In this document: positions 1-12,590 of the stretch, piece by piece
How positions within the stretch are numbered: position 1 is the stretch's first letter
Layout of the letters: every line of letters starts with the position of its first letter
Source: Paraspadella gotoi
Taxonomy: Eukaryota; Animalia; Chaetognatha
Length of the DNA stretch: 64,000 nt
Reading direction: 5' to 3'
NCBI GenBank assembly: GCA_051294375.1
Contig: JBJCIZ010000028.1
Span: 551,623-615,622 of the forward strand
Made by a program: the position numbers and the translations under genes
Notes under the pieces: model-generated
The model's database searches: none
Seen by the model: only the letters and a program-made list of their open reading frames with translations
What the model was told of the DNA's origin: nothing

Positions 1-140
1 ACATATGAAGCGATGATAAAATCGAGAATAGTATTTTCGGAAGGAAAAATCAGCCATCAAAACAATCGAGGCATCGAACGAACTAAAATTCGAATCTTTT
101 CGCAGAGGGCGAAGAGAGAGAAAACAAATGATCACTGCAA

Positions 141-3100
141 TATTTATCATTTAATTTTATTTTCAATTTTTTAAGGAGAACGTTCTCTAACCCCGTCTAC
201 TCCGATAGAATTCAACAGCGCGTCCGCCTTTGATTTCGCCCTCAAAAAAATTGGCAGGCGATCTCCATTTGACAAAATGTCGGGTGGGAAAAATTTTTAT
301 CTGCTTTTATAAATTTATAGAATAATAATTGACAGATTTGCGCGTTGATACCTGTGCAATTTAGATCTATCAATAATTAATTATTTTAACATAATATTCT
401 AGGTTTTAATGTCTTTCTATATATCAATATTATCTATCTGTATCCATCTTTCTCCCCAGGATTACGTCAATCTATGTTATCTAATCTAATCTAATCTAAT
501 CTAATCTAATCTATAATCTAAATCTTAATTCCATCATCCATCCATCCATTCTCCCCCAGGATTACGTCAATCTCAGAGACGCAACTCTCGATCAAGTTTT
601 GGGGTCGCGTGAGAAAAACGAGCGAAGATTGGCGCCGCAACCCGATGTTGGATTTGGACATTTGACAAAAAACAAGGAATGGAAAGGGGAAAAGCAAGGA
701 CATAGCCATGGGAGGAGACAAAGGATTGACAGGGAAGAATAAAAGAGGAAATTAGCTGAACAGAAAATCATTGACACGGAACATAAAAATTAGGACATGG
801 GGAAGAAACAGGTGAATAAAAAAAACGTGACATATGAGGGGGGGAGAAAGCAGGGACATGGTAAGGGGGGACGATGAAATGAATATGATATGAAACAGTA
901 ACAAGGAAAAAAAAAAACTGGAAAGTGAGGAAAATATGAAAAATGCTTTAAAAAAAAAAAAGAAGGCGGCAAAGTAAGATTTATGTGTTGAAAAAATGTT
1001 CTCGTCAAAATCTATGTTTTCATTTCGTTATTGTAGCAAAAATTCGCTGATAATAAAAAAAAAGTACTTTTAAGTTTTTTTGGTCATTTAATACAGTTTA
1101 TTTATAGATAAAGAATTTTTTCGATATATTTAATTTTTTTCGTGTTACCAACGAATAATGTCTTTTATTATCGACCTAATGTGAACCGTTATGGCGACTC
1201 TAAAGTTTATGGGAGATAGAGACAAGAGAGATTGCATCAAAGGACCACTTTGTTTAAGTTTATAATAGAGACAGAGAGAGATTGCATAAGGTGACCACTT
1301 CCCTTTAAGTTATAATTCCAGCTTAAAATTCGAGTCTCCCAACTTTTTATCAATATCGTTTCTCTTTTTTTTAATGTTTTCTTGAAAGAAAAAAAAGTTT
1401 TAAACATTTTTTTTCCCGCAAATGGATTGGGGAAGAAGAAAACGGAGGTAAATGATATCTTTGTTTTGTTGTTTTTCCTGTTGGTTTTTCTGTTTTAGTT
1501 TCGATTTTTCGAGTGTTTTTGTTTTTGGTTTTCCGTTAGAGGAAAGAAAAAAGAGAGAGACAGGAGGTTCACCCGACGAGGACATGACTTTGACATGACT
1601 TGACATGACATTGACGGTGAAAAGAACGACGGAGACGATGACATGAGACAATGAAAACTACGGCGTCTATGCGCGACGACGACGACGATGACAACGACGA
1701 CAAAGTTGTCGACGACGATGACAACGACGAAGATGAAGATAATAATCAACGAGGAACACGTGGATGCTAACAAGGACGCCGGGTATCAAATGAAATTACT
1801 AATGATGATGAGACGAAAAACGATGACAATGATGACAACGGAATGCAACAACGATGACGACGACGATGCTGACGAAGACGTCGAAGACAACGACATTGAA
1901 GACGACAATGACAACGACGACGGACAAAGACGCCGGACGGACGACCTTCCAAAATCATTTTATTTTCCCAGGGCGGTCCCCGCTTCCGTCATTTTTATCT
2001 CGAATTTTATTCCCTTTCAGCGCCCCCCGCGGGGGAATTGAAGCGTCTACGTTGGCGTCGGGATCAAGACGTCATCGTCGTCGCCGTCCACGACGACGAC
2101 GTCACACGATGGAGAGTTAAATCGTCCATCGCGTCCATCGTCGCCATGGAAACGGACGAGTTTCGAGTTGTTCGGGTGATTTGGCCATCGTTGTTTTTTT
2201 ATCCCCCCCGTGGTTTCGTTTATTTATTTATATATTTATTTAACTAATATCTTTATTCATTTAGTCATTCCTTCGTTTTAGTCATTGATTCTTTAGTCGA
2301 TCATTTATTATTCATTCATTCATTCATTTAGTCATTTAGTCATTTAGTTCATTAAATTATTTATTCATCATTCATTCATTCATTTAGTCATTCATCTTTA
2401 GTCATTCATTTATTATCATTCATTCATTCATTCATTTCATTTTAGTCATTAAATCATTCATTCATCTTCGTCATCCATTTAGTCATTCATTCATCATTCA
2501 TTCATCATTAGTCATTCATTCATTCATTTAGTCTTAAATCATTCATTCATTTCGTCATCCATTTAGTCTTCATTCATTTCATTCATTCATTCATTCATTC
2601 ATTTAGTCATTCATTCATTCATGTCATTATTCATTTAGTCATTAAATCATTCATTCATTTCGTCATCCATTTAATCATTCATTCATCCATTTAGTCTTCA
2701 TTCATTCATTTTGTCTCGTTCATTTAAATGAACAGTTTTTTATATTTCAGACAACGTTTTTTTATTTACATTCATAGGGACCTTGTTTCGACTCTTTCAT
2801 TTTAGAGACTTCATCAGCGTTTGTTCAATCAACAGAATGTTCTCTATATATATTGATTTTGTAATTTTTTACTTAAAATTATTTGCCCTCGCTGAAAAAC
2901 TGTAAATTTGAACATATTCTAGCATATCTAATTAACTGACTAGATTTAATTCTTCTATGGTGGACCTAAAATCCACCAACCGTTCATCAGCGGCCATTGG
3001 TGCCGCGAGGCAAGTCATTCACCTCCCAACCCAAAGGTCCGGCGTTCTAGCCCGGTGGTCGTCTGGCAGTTAAGAGGGACGGGGCGCTTAACCCGCCTGT

Positions 3101-3486
3101 AACATGGTGTTACAGCCTGATCCGAAGCTCAGGGACTGCTTTATATTGAACGGTTCTATCATAACATATATCAATAATCACTGTCTCAATTCATTCATTC
3201 ATTCATTTCATCATTCATTCATTCTTCATTACATTCATGTTCTCACCTCCCTCCTATCCTTCAAGGATGGATTCCGCCTCAACACCAACGCCGACCGACA
3301 GTCTTCGTGAACTCGGTCCGAGTCCGGGACGCAGCCTCGTCGCCATGACGACGTTCGACGACGACGACGAAGGAGACGACGACGACGACGACGAAACGAG
3401 TCGCGGCGAAGTCTCAAGAAGAAAATCGGTCGTCGCCTTTGGACGAATCTGCGGCGAAACGGCAGAAGTGAGAGAGAAGAGAGAGA

Positions 3487-3524
<38 letters not shown>

Positions 3525-3708
3525 CATTTTCACAATTTCTTCTTTACTCAGATCCTTCCTTCGTTCCTTTTTCTTTCCTCCCTTCTTCCCGCTCTTCCTC
3601 TCTTTCTTCCTCTCTCTCTCCCCTTCGGTCTCCGTCTCTATCTGAGTCTCGTCGCCGGGAGAAGCTTCGACGCTCACCGGAAACGCCAACAACGAGGTCG
3701 GAATGGGG
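141..3708 (+). repeat. Direct copy of 11322-14603 (last two DNAI3-like exons plus the first five FAF1-like exons and introns)
   Basis: Colinear and near-identical to 11322-14603, differing mainly by 1-2 nt indels. Contains the same exons, the (CATT)n tract and the SINE. Confidence 0.9.
2255..2725. repeat. Degenerate (TCAT/TTAG)n microsatellite in a FAF1-like intron (second copy 13385-13660)
   Basis: Run of attc/catt/tagtc units. Confidence 0.9.
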
Positions 3709-3709
3709 A

Positions 3710-4525
3710 TCTCTCTCTCTCTCTCTCTCTGTCAATGTCTCTTTTAGCCACCGATAATATCTTAAAAAATAAAAAAAAATTGTACTGCTGCTACATCAAG
3801 AACATAACCATTTATTAAATTGGTACAACCAATATAAAAATTATCCATTCATTTAATAAATAAGCTATCTTGCCCCTGACTTTGGACAGGCTTTGGTGGT
3901 TTAAGGCCTCCATCACACTTACAAGATTATAACATAGCAGGTTTCTGCAAGCTTTCAATCAAGACTCTCTCACAGTCTTATTTATTCACTCCCAGTGAAC
4001 CTGGCTTCCCTATCAATGAAGTGGTATAATATTATATTATATATATATATATATATTATATATATTATCATTTAATTTTATTTTCAATTTTTAAGGAGAA
4101 CGTTCTCCTAACCCCGTCTACTCCGATAGAAATTCAACAGCGCGTCGCCTTTGATTTCGCCCTCAAGAAAAATTGGCAGGCGAGTCTCCATTGACAAAAT
4201 GTCGGGTGGGAAAAATTTTTATCTGCTTTTATAAATTTATAGAATAATAATTGACAGATTTGCGGTTTGATACCTGTGCAATTTGATTCATCAATTAATT
4301 AATTATTTTACATAAATATCTAGGTATTAATGTCTTTCTATATATCAAATATATCTTATCTGTATCCATCTATTCTCCCCCAGGATTACGTCAATCTATT
4401 TATCTAATCTAATCTAATCTAATCTAATCTAATCTAATCTAATCTAATCTAATCCATCCATCCATCCATTCTCCCCCAGGATTACGTCAATCTCGAGACG
4501 CAACTTCTCGATCAAGTTTTGGGTC
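3710..4525 (+). repeat. Direct copy of about 10974-11784 (DNAI3-like 3' intron and exons), ending at an N-gap
   Basis: 3725-4190 is almost identical to 10981-11446. The junction with the previous block is in a (CT)n run. Confidence 0.85.
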
Positions 4526-4616
4526 NNNNNNNNNNTATTTTGAATTTTTAAGGAGAACGTTCTCCTATCCCCGTCGACTCCGATAGAAATTCAACAGCGC
4601 GTCGCCTTTGATTTCG

Positions 4617-5078
4617 TTGTCCAAAGGCGACGACGATGTTTCTTTGACTTCCCGCGACTCGTTTTCGGCGTCGTCGTCGTCGTCCTCCTTCGTCGTCGTC
4701 GTCGACGTCGTCATGGCGACGAGGCTGCGTCCGGACTCGAGACCGAGTTCACGAAGACTCGTCGTCGCGTTTGGTGTTGAGGCGGAATCCCATCCTTGAA
4801 GGATAGGAGGGAGGGAATGAATGAATGAATGAATGAATGAATGAATGAATGAATGAATTGAAGAGACAGTGATTATTGATATATGTTAATGAAGAACCGT
4901 TCAATATAAGCAGTCCCTGAGCTTCGGATCAGGCTGTAACACCGATTACAGGCGGGTTAAGCGCCCCGTCCCTCTTAACTGCAGACGACCACCGGGCTAG
5001 AACCCCGGACCTTTGGTTGGGAGGTGAATGACTTGCCTCCGGCCCCTGATGAACGGTTGGTGGATTTTAGTCCACCAA
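4617..5078 (-). repeat. Inverted copy of about 13893-14352 (SINE plus FAF1-like exon 4)
   Basis: The reverse complement matches 13893-14352, including the SINE and the (GAAT)n tail. Confidence 0.85.
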
Positions 5079-5288
5079 GATGAATAATCTTTACGATTAC
5101 AAGTCTTACCAGTTGTGTTGAGTATCATCAACTAGTACGGTACTTGGCAATACTATTTTTGCAAATGCATTCGCCAGTATTCTTCATCGATAATCCCAAA
5201 TATTTGCAGTACTTTTTTTCAAATATTTTAATATATTAATATTTTATTTATAATTTACTAATTTTTATTATTATTTTTTTTTGTATAG

Positions 5289-8200
5289 AATCTTGTGTCT
5301 GAAGACGCGACAGGGAATTCGAGACCGATTGATGGAATTCTACGCGAACACGATTGCCTCGAGAGGTCGGTCGATTAATCAAAACTATTTCAAAATTAGT
5401 AATTTAATTGATTATTTAATTTAATTAATTAATTTAAGAAGTCAAATGATAAAAATAATTAAAATAGGGGGGGAAAAATGAAGAACAGAATTAAACGATT
5501 TTTTAAAAAAAATGTTTTAACAAATATTTTACGAACGATTTAAAACAATTTATTCCCCGAAGGAGCAAAATAAATGAATTCCTGAATAAGATTGGAAGAG
5601 CTTAAGTTAATGCCCGCACTACATATTTAACCAATACCTTTAATCTAATCAAAGACTACGACGATCGTTATTGATCGTCGGGCCCAGCAATAAAGTATTT
5701 ACATGAATAAATTAAACTATAATCGATCGAATTCGGATTTTCAAACCAACCATCCCTTAAAATCTAAACGCCCTCTCCAATCCAACCAGATACGATCAGA
5801 TCGAAGCGGCTCGTCAGATCCCGGCGGCGGCGAAACGAAACGGCGACGGAAATCTTTGCCGAACATCCGGACAAAGTTTCATATCGGCACCGGAGACGGA
5901 CAAGTCTTCTTCGCCGATTTCCGCTCCTGAAAGTTAGAAATGGGGGGGGGGGTTGTGTTTTGTGTTTTGTTTTTTAATTCGTATGGTTTGGTTGTTTTTT
6001 TTTTGTTTACTTGGTCGTGGTCGTCGGTTGTAATGTAATTGTAATTGTTGTAATTTTTAAAATTTTTTGTGGAAATATTAGTGTATTTGTATTTTGTCAA
6101 TATTTTTATTCACATAGCGGAATCATTTTTTAAGGCATTCCACATTACGAAATGTGTTTATTCAATCGATGGCATCATTCGTTATCTGAGGAAAACAACT
6201 TTAAAAAGCTTTTCTCGTGAAGAAAGGTTGCTTATAAAAAATGTAGACAGACCGACAGATCTAAAAGTCACTTTATGAGTGCATCTTTTCCGTTTGTCTT
6301 GTCCTTTGGCAAGAATTGTAGTTTAAATTTATTTTTGTGATGGCTTGCCAAAAAAAAAAATTGAAGAAAATAAACAAATTGAAATTTGTTGGATTTTATT
6401 ATTTTCTCTAATAATACCTAAAAAACTGAAGATTGTTATTTTTTTTTCTTTCAATTTTTATGACGAGGCCAAACCAAAAACTAAAGATTCATCGCGACCT
6501 CCCCAACAACGACCTCCACCCAAACCACCTCTTTTCCTTCACTACCTCTGCAACAGACGAGGGTGGTCAGATCAGCGCCCAAGTTCCCTTCAAACTTCCC
6601 TCAGTCACGACGCTCCCATCTCCTCGATGGATCGAATCCTTTCATAAACAATCTCCTCTTGGCGACCGCGGAACGAGGTTCACTTTGCTGAAGGTAATTA
6701 TCTGGCAGAAATAGAGACAGACAAACGAACAGATGGACTGATGAGCGGAACGTGGTTCACTTGCTGAAGGTATTATCTGACAGAAGAGAGACAGACCAAA
6801 CGAACAGACGACTGATGGGTTGGAACGAGGTTCACTTTGCTGAAGGTAATTATCTGGCAGAAAGAGAGACGGACAGACGACTGATGGGTGGAACGAGGTC
6901 ACTTTGCTGAAGGTAATTATCTGACAGAAGAGAGACAGACAAACGAACAGACGGACTGATGGTGGAACAGGTTCACTTTGCTGAAGGTAATTATCTGGCA
7001 GAAAGAGAGACAGACAAACGAACAGACGGACTGATGGGTGGAACGAGGTTCACTTTGCTGAAGGTAATATCTGACAGAAAGAGAGACGGACAGACGATAG
7101 ACCGACTGATGGGCAGAACGAGGTTCCTTTGCTGAAAGTAATTATCTGGCAGAAAGAGAAGACAGACAAACGAACCGACAGACTGATGGGTGGAACGAGG
7201 TTCACTTTGCTGAAGGTAATTATCTGCAGAAAGAGGACGGACAGACGGATTAGACCGACTGATGGCAGAACGAGGTTCACTTTGCTGAAGGTAATTATCT
7301 GACAGAAAGAGAGACAGACAACGAACAGACGACTGATGGGTGAACGAGGTTACTTTGCTGAAGGTAATTATCTGACAGAAAGAGAGACAGACAACCGAAC
7401 AGACGACTGATGGGTGGAACGAGGGAGGTTACTTTGCTGAAGGTAATATCTGACAGAAAGAGAGACAGACAAACGAACAGACGGACTGCATGGGTGGAAC
7501 GAGGTTCACTTGCTGAAGGAAATTATCTGCAGAAAGAGAGACAGACAACGAACAGACGGACTGATGGTGGACGAGGTTCACTTTCGGTGAAGGTAATATT
7601 GGCAGAAAGAGAGACGGACAGAACGGAATAGACCGACTGATGGGCAGACGAGGTATCACTTTGCTGAAGGTAAATTATCTGGCAGAAAGAGAGACAGACA
7701 AACGAACAGACCGACTGATGGGTGGAACGAGGTCTCACTTTGCTGAAGTAATATCGCAGAAAGAGAGACGGACAGACGGATTAGACCGACTTGATGGCAG
7801 AACGAGGGTCACTTGGCTGAAGGTAATATCTGGCAGAAAGAGACAGACCAACGAAACCGACAGGACGATGGGCGGAACGAGGTTCACTTTGCTTGAAGTT
7901 AATTATCTGGCAGAAAGAGAGATGTACAGCACGGACTGATGGGGTGGAACGAGGTTCACTTTGCTGAAGGTAATTACTTCGGCAGAGAAAGAGAGATGTA
8001 CAGACGGGACTGATGGGTGGAACGAGGTTCACTTTGTGAATGGTAATTATTCTGGCAGAAGAGGAGATGTACAGACGGACTGATTGGGTGGAACGAGTTT
8101 ACTTTGCTGAAGGTAATTATCTGACAGAAAGAGAGACAGACAACGAACAGACCGGACTGATGGGTGGAACGAGGTTCAACTGTGCTGAAGGTAATTCTGG

Positions 8201-9408
8201 CAGAAAGAGATGACGGACAGACGGATTAACCGACTGAATGGGCAGAACGAGGTTCACTTTGCTGAAGGTAATTATCTGGCAGAAAGAGAGACAGACAAAC
8301 GAACAGACCGACTGAATGGGTGAACGAGGTCACTTTGCGAAGGTAATTATTCTGGCAGAAAGAGAGACGGGACAGACGGATAGACCGTACTGATGGGCAG
8401 AACGAGGTTCACTTTGCTGAAGGTAATTTCTGGCAGAAAGAGAGACCGACAAACGAACCGACAGACTGATGGGTGGAACGAGTTCACTTTTGCTGAGTAA
8501 TTATCTGGCCAGAAAGAGAGACGGACAGACGGAAAGACCCGACTGATGGGCAGAACGAGGTTCACTTTGCTGAAGGTAATATCTTGCAGAAAGAAAGACA
8601 GACCAAACGAACCCGACAGACTGATGGCGGACGAGGTTCACTTTGCTAAGTATAATACTGGCAGAAAAGAGAGACCAGACAGATGGATAGACCGCACTGA
8701 TAGGCAGAACGAGGTTCACTTTGCTGACAGACAGACGGACGACGACCAACCGATGGCGGAACGAGGTATACTTTGATGAAGGGTAATAGAGAGATAGACG
8801 ATAGAGATTAACGGACAGAAAAAGAGAATGGACGAATGGACGACTATTATACAAAGATAATATTAATGAGAAAAAAATTAGAATGGCGGGGGCCATTTTG
8901 ACGGCAGGGACAGACGGACCTTGCTAAACTTTGTATAATTTTACAAGCAAATAACTCGTGCTTGCCCTTCATTATTCTTTTTTTTTTTCAGGAAGAAGTG
9001 ACGGAAGCCGAGTTGTTCCACGGTCAAGCACCGCACTCGGCCTTCAAATTCCTCTGCTCCAATGGTTTCATTGATGATCGATTGGTTGATTGAATCATAC
9101 ATTCATTGATCATTGATCATTACCACCTCCTCCCCTTTCCTCCTTTCTCCACTTCCTCTTCCTCCTCCTCCACTTCCTCATCTTCCTCCTCTCCCTCACC
9201 TCCTCATCTTCCTCCTCCTCTTCCTCTCCTCCACCTCCTCATATCCTCTTCCTCCTCCCCCTTCCTCCTCCACCTCTTCCTCCTCTCTCAGGTCTCCAAC
9301 TCGTCCGTCCGTCTTCTTCTCGGCCGCTCAGACGGGACGTGACATCTGGGACATTCTTGAGAGATGCGACAAGCGGTCGCCAGCCAGCAGATCAATACTT
9401 ATCGGTGA

Positions 9409-9453
<45 letters not shown>

Positions 9454-10919
9454 TGGCCGCTTCCTGGCCTTATCCTTGTTCACGATCACGAAAATGTTCA
9501 ATTTCGTGAAAAAAGCTTGCTTAACCGCTTACACTTTTTATTACCAATGCCCTATACTCTTCCTCGATACCCCGGCGAAAAATGCTTGCTTCCTTTACTG
9601 CTTGCGTTTGCCAAATTGCTTTCCTATTCCAGATCACAGCCATGTGCCTCTTGCCCGTCAACAAACGCCTTCAACTCTTGGCCATCGGCGACGAAAAAGG
9701 AGTCCTCAGCATCGTGGAGGTTCCGCTTGTCTATGCATCAGCAAGCATCAGGTAAGCATCGAGGAGGTTCCGCTTGTCTACTGCATCAGAAGCATCAGGT
9801 AAGCATCGTGGAGGTTCCGCTTGTCTACTGTTATCAGCAAGCATCAGGTAAGCATCGTGGAGGTTCCGCTTGTCTACTGTTATCAGCAAGCGTCAGGTAA
9901 GCATCGTGGAGGTTCCGGCTTGTCTACTGTTATCAGCAAGCGTCAGGTAAGCATCGTGCAGGTTCACTTGTCTACTGTTATCAGCAAGCGGTCAGGTAAG
10001 CATCGTGCAGGTTCCACTGTCTACTGCATCAGCAAGCATCAGGCAAGCAATCGATAATGAGTGGGTCCACGCGGCGTCCCGAATCTTTTAAAATTTGATA
10101 TTTAATCGTTCATATTCAAAGATTTATTATTTAATATTTACACTTGATATTAAATATTTTTTTTACATTTTATTCAATATTGAGGTTTCAAAAAAAAAAC
10201 GTTGCCAATAAAGACTGCGGTTTTAAAGCTGAGCTATTCCATTAAAGCACGTCATGTTTCGATTTCCATCGCGAACATTCATGAACATTCTCCATTGTAT
10301 TAATATTGTATCATCTGTATATACATTCTTCACGCAGAATGACCTCGAAGCTTTGGAAAAGTTTATCGAGCGAGAAAGCACGAGAGTGAATCGACGAGAA
10401 GCGCGGTGAGAGAGAAGCGATTCACTTCTGTATTCTTTGTTTTTGGGGTTTTTTTTTGTTTTTTAAAATTTTTTTTTACTTTCGCGGGTTTTAGATTTTC
10501 CGTTTTTTTTAGTTTGTTTTATCGGTTTTTGATTTTTTGTTTCGTTTTTAATCTTAATTTATGGTTTAAATACTTTTTTGGGTTTTTTTTTTCTGTTTTT
10601 GCTTATTTTTTTAATTTAAAAAAAAAATAATCTGATTTTTTTAATAAATTTTATTAATTTATTATTATTTTAGTTTATAACTTTATAATTTTTCTAAATG
10701 AATAATGATTAATGAAACAGAGAAAATTTACACATTTTTATTTATTCTTCCAGCTACAAAGCTTTGGCGGCCAAAGGCGACGTGGAAGACGAAGTGATTC
10801 GACCCGACACAGAAGTCGCATTCACTTCCATCTACGAAATTCCGGGGGTGAGTTAATTTTAACGACTCACCTTTTTGGGGGGGCGGGTGAGTTTTTGGAG
10901 AAAGGGAGAGAGTTTGAGA

Positions 10920-10981
<62 letters not shown>

Positions 10982-11843
10982 CTCTCTGTCAATGTCTCTT
11001 TTAGCCACCGATAATATCTTAAAAAATAAAAAAAAATTGTACTGCTGCTACATCAAGAACATAACCATTTATTAAATTGGTACAACCAATATAAAAATTA
11101 TCCATTCATTTAATAAATAAGCTATCTTGCCCCTGACTTTGGACAGGCTTTGGTGGTTTAAGGCCTCCATCACACTTACAAGATTATAACATAGCAGGTT
11201 TCTGCAAGCTTTCAATCAAGACTCTCTCACAGTCTTATTTATTCACTCCCAGTGAACCTGGCTTCCCTATCAATGAAGTGGTAATAATATTATATTATAT
11301 ATATATATATATTATATATATTATCATTTAATTTTATTTTCAATTTTTTAAGGAGAACGTTCTCCTAAACCCTCTACTCCGATAGAAATTCAACAGCGCG
11401 TCGCCTTGATTTCGCCCTCAAAAAAATTGGCAGGCGAGTCTCCATTNNNNNNNNNNNNNNNNNNNNNNNNNGACAAAATGTCGGGTGGGAAAAATTTTTA
11501 TCTGCTTTTATTAATTTATAGAATAATAATTGACAGATTTGCGGTTTGATTTGATTCATCAATTAATTAATTATTTTACATAAATATCTATCTATATATC
11601 AAATATATCTTATCTGTATCCATCTATTCTCCCCCAGGATTACGTCAACCTATTTATCTAATCTAATCTAATTTAATTTAATCCAATCTTATCTAATCTA
11701 ATCTAATCTAATCCATCCATCCATACATTCTCCCTCAGGATTACGTCAATCTCGAGACGCAACTTCTGGATCAAGTTTTGGGTCGCGTGAGAAAAACGAG
11801 CGAAGATTTGGCGCCGCAACCCGATGTGGATTTGGACATTTGA
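5289..11843 (+). CDS. DNAI3: Axonemal dynein intermediate chain, DNAI3/WDR63 (IC140)-like; 5'-incomplete, with apparent sequencing frameshifts
   Basis: Exons at about 5289-5365, 5790-5931, 6557-6693, 8992-9064, 9292-9403, 9633-9751, 10339-10405, 10754-10847, 11353-11433 and 11739-11843 (TGA). Peptides TKFHIGTGDGQVFFADF, HDAPISSMDR..PF..LLLAT, WSPTRPSVFF..DIWDILE, QLLAIGDEKGVLSIVEVP, NDLEALEKFIERE and DYVNLE occur in the same order as the WD40 and C-terminal motifs of WDR63-type intermediate chains. Confidence 0.75.
6670..8785 (+). repeat. Minisatellite, ~77-bp unit, ~28 copies; each unit contains the exon end and 5' splice site of the DNAI3-like exon 6557-6693
   Basis: Unit ggaacgaggttcactttgctgaag|gtaattatctggcagaaagagagacagacaaacgaacagacggactgatgggt, with 2-3 interleaved unit variants. 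Confidence 0.92.
9709..10050 (+). repeat. Minisatellite, 48-49-bp unit, ~7 copies, made of the last ~44 nt of a DNAI3-like exon plus GTAAG
   Basis: Unit catcgtggaggttccgcttgtctactg(c/tt)atcagcaagcatcag|gtaag. Confidence 0.92.
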
Positions 11844-12590
11844 AAAAACAAGGACATGGAAAGGGGGAAAAGCAAGGACATAGCATGGGAGGAGACAAGG
11901 ATTGACAGGGAAGAATAAAAGAGGAAATTAGCGAACAGAAATCATTGACACGGAATCATAAAAATAGGACATGGGGAAGAAACAAGGTGAATAAAAAAAA
12001 CGTGACATATGAGGGGGGGAGAAAAGCAGGGACATGGTAAGGGGGGACGATGAAATGAATATGATATGAAACAGTAACAAGGAAAAAAAAACTGGAAGTG
12101 AGGAAAATATGAAAAATGCTTTAAAAAAAAAAAAGAAGGCGGCAAAGTAAGATTTATGTGTTGAAAATGTTCTCGTCAAATCTATTGTTTTCATTTCGTT
12201 ATTGTAGCAAAAATTCGTGATAATAAAAAAAAAGTACTTTTAATTTTTTTTGGTCATTTAATTACAGTTTATTTATAGATAAAGAATTTTTCGATATATT
12301 TAATTTTTTTCGTGTTACAACGAATAATGTCTTTTATTATCGACCTAATGTGAACCGTTATGGCGACTCTAAAGTTTATGGGAGATAGAGACAGAGAGAG
12401 ATTGCATCAAAGGACCACTTTGTTTAGTTATAATAGAGACAGAGAGAGATTGCATAAGGGGACCACTTCCCTTTAAGTTATAATTCCAGCTTAAAATTCG
12501 AGTCTCCCAACTTTTTATCAATTATCGTTTCTTCTTTTTTTTAATGTTTTCTTGAAAGAAAAAAAAGTTTAAACATTTTTTTTCCCGCAA

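Noticed and set aside
518-3818. Many low-complexity ORFs in the ORF track (poly-T, poly-R, SLSL, ERER)
   Set aside because: They are off-frame or antisense readings of acidic exons and GA/CT microsatellites.
6670-8785. CRISPR-like array (also considered for 9709-10050, 14590-14935 and 62477-62910)
   Set aside because: Units repeat head-to-tail without unique spacers, there are no cas genes, and the context is eukaryotic intron or UTR.
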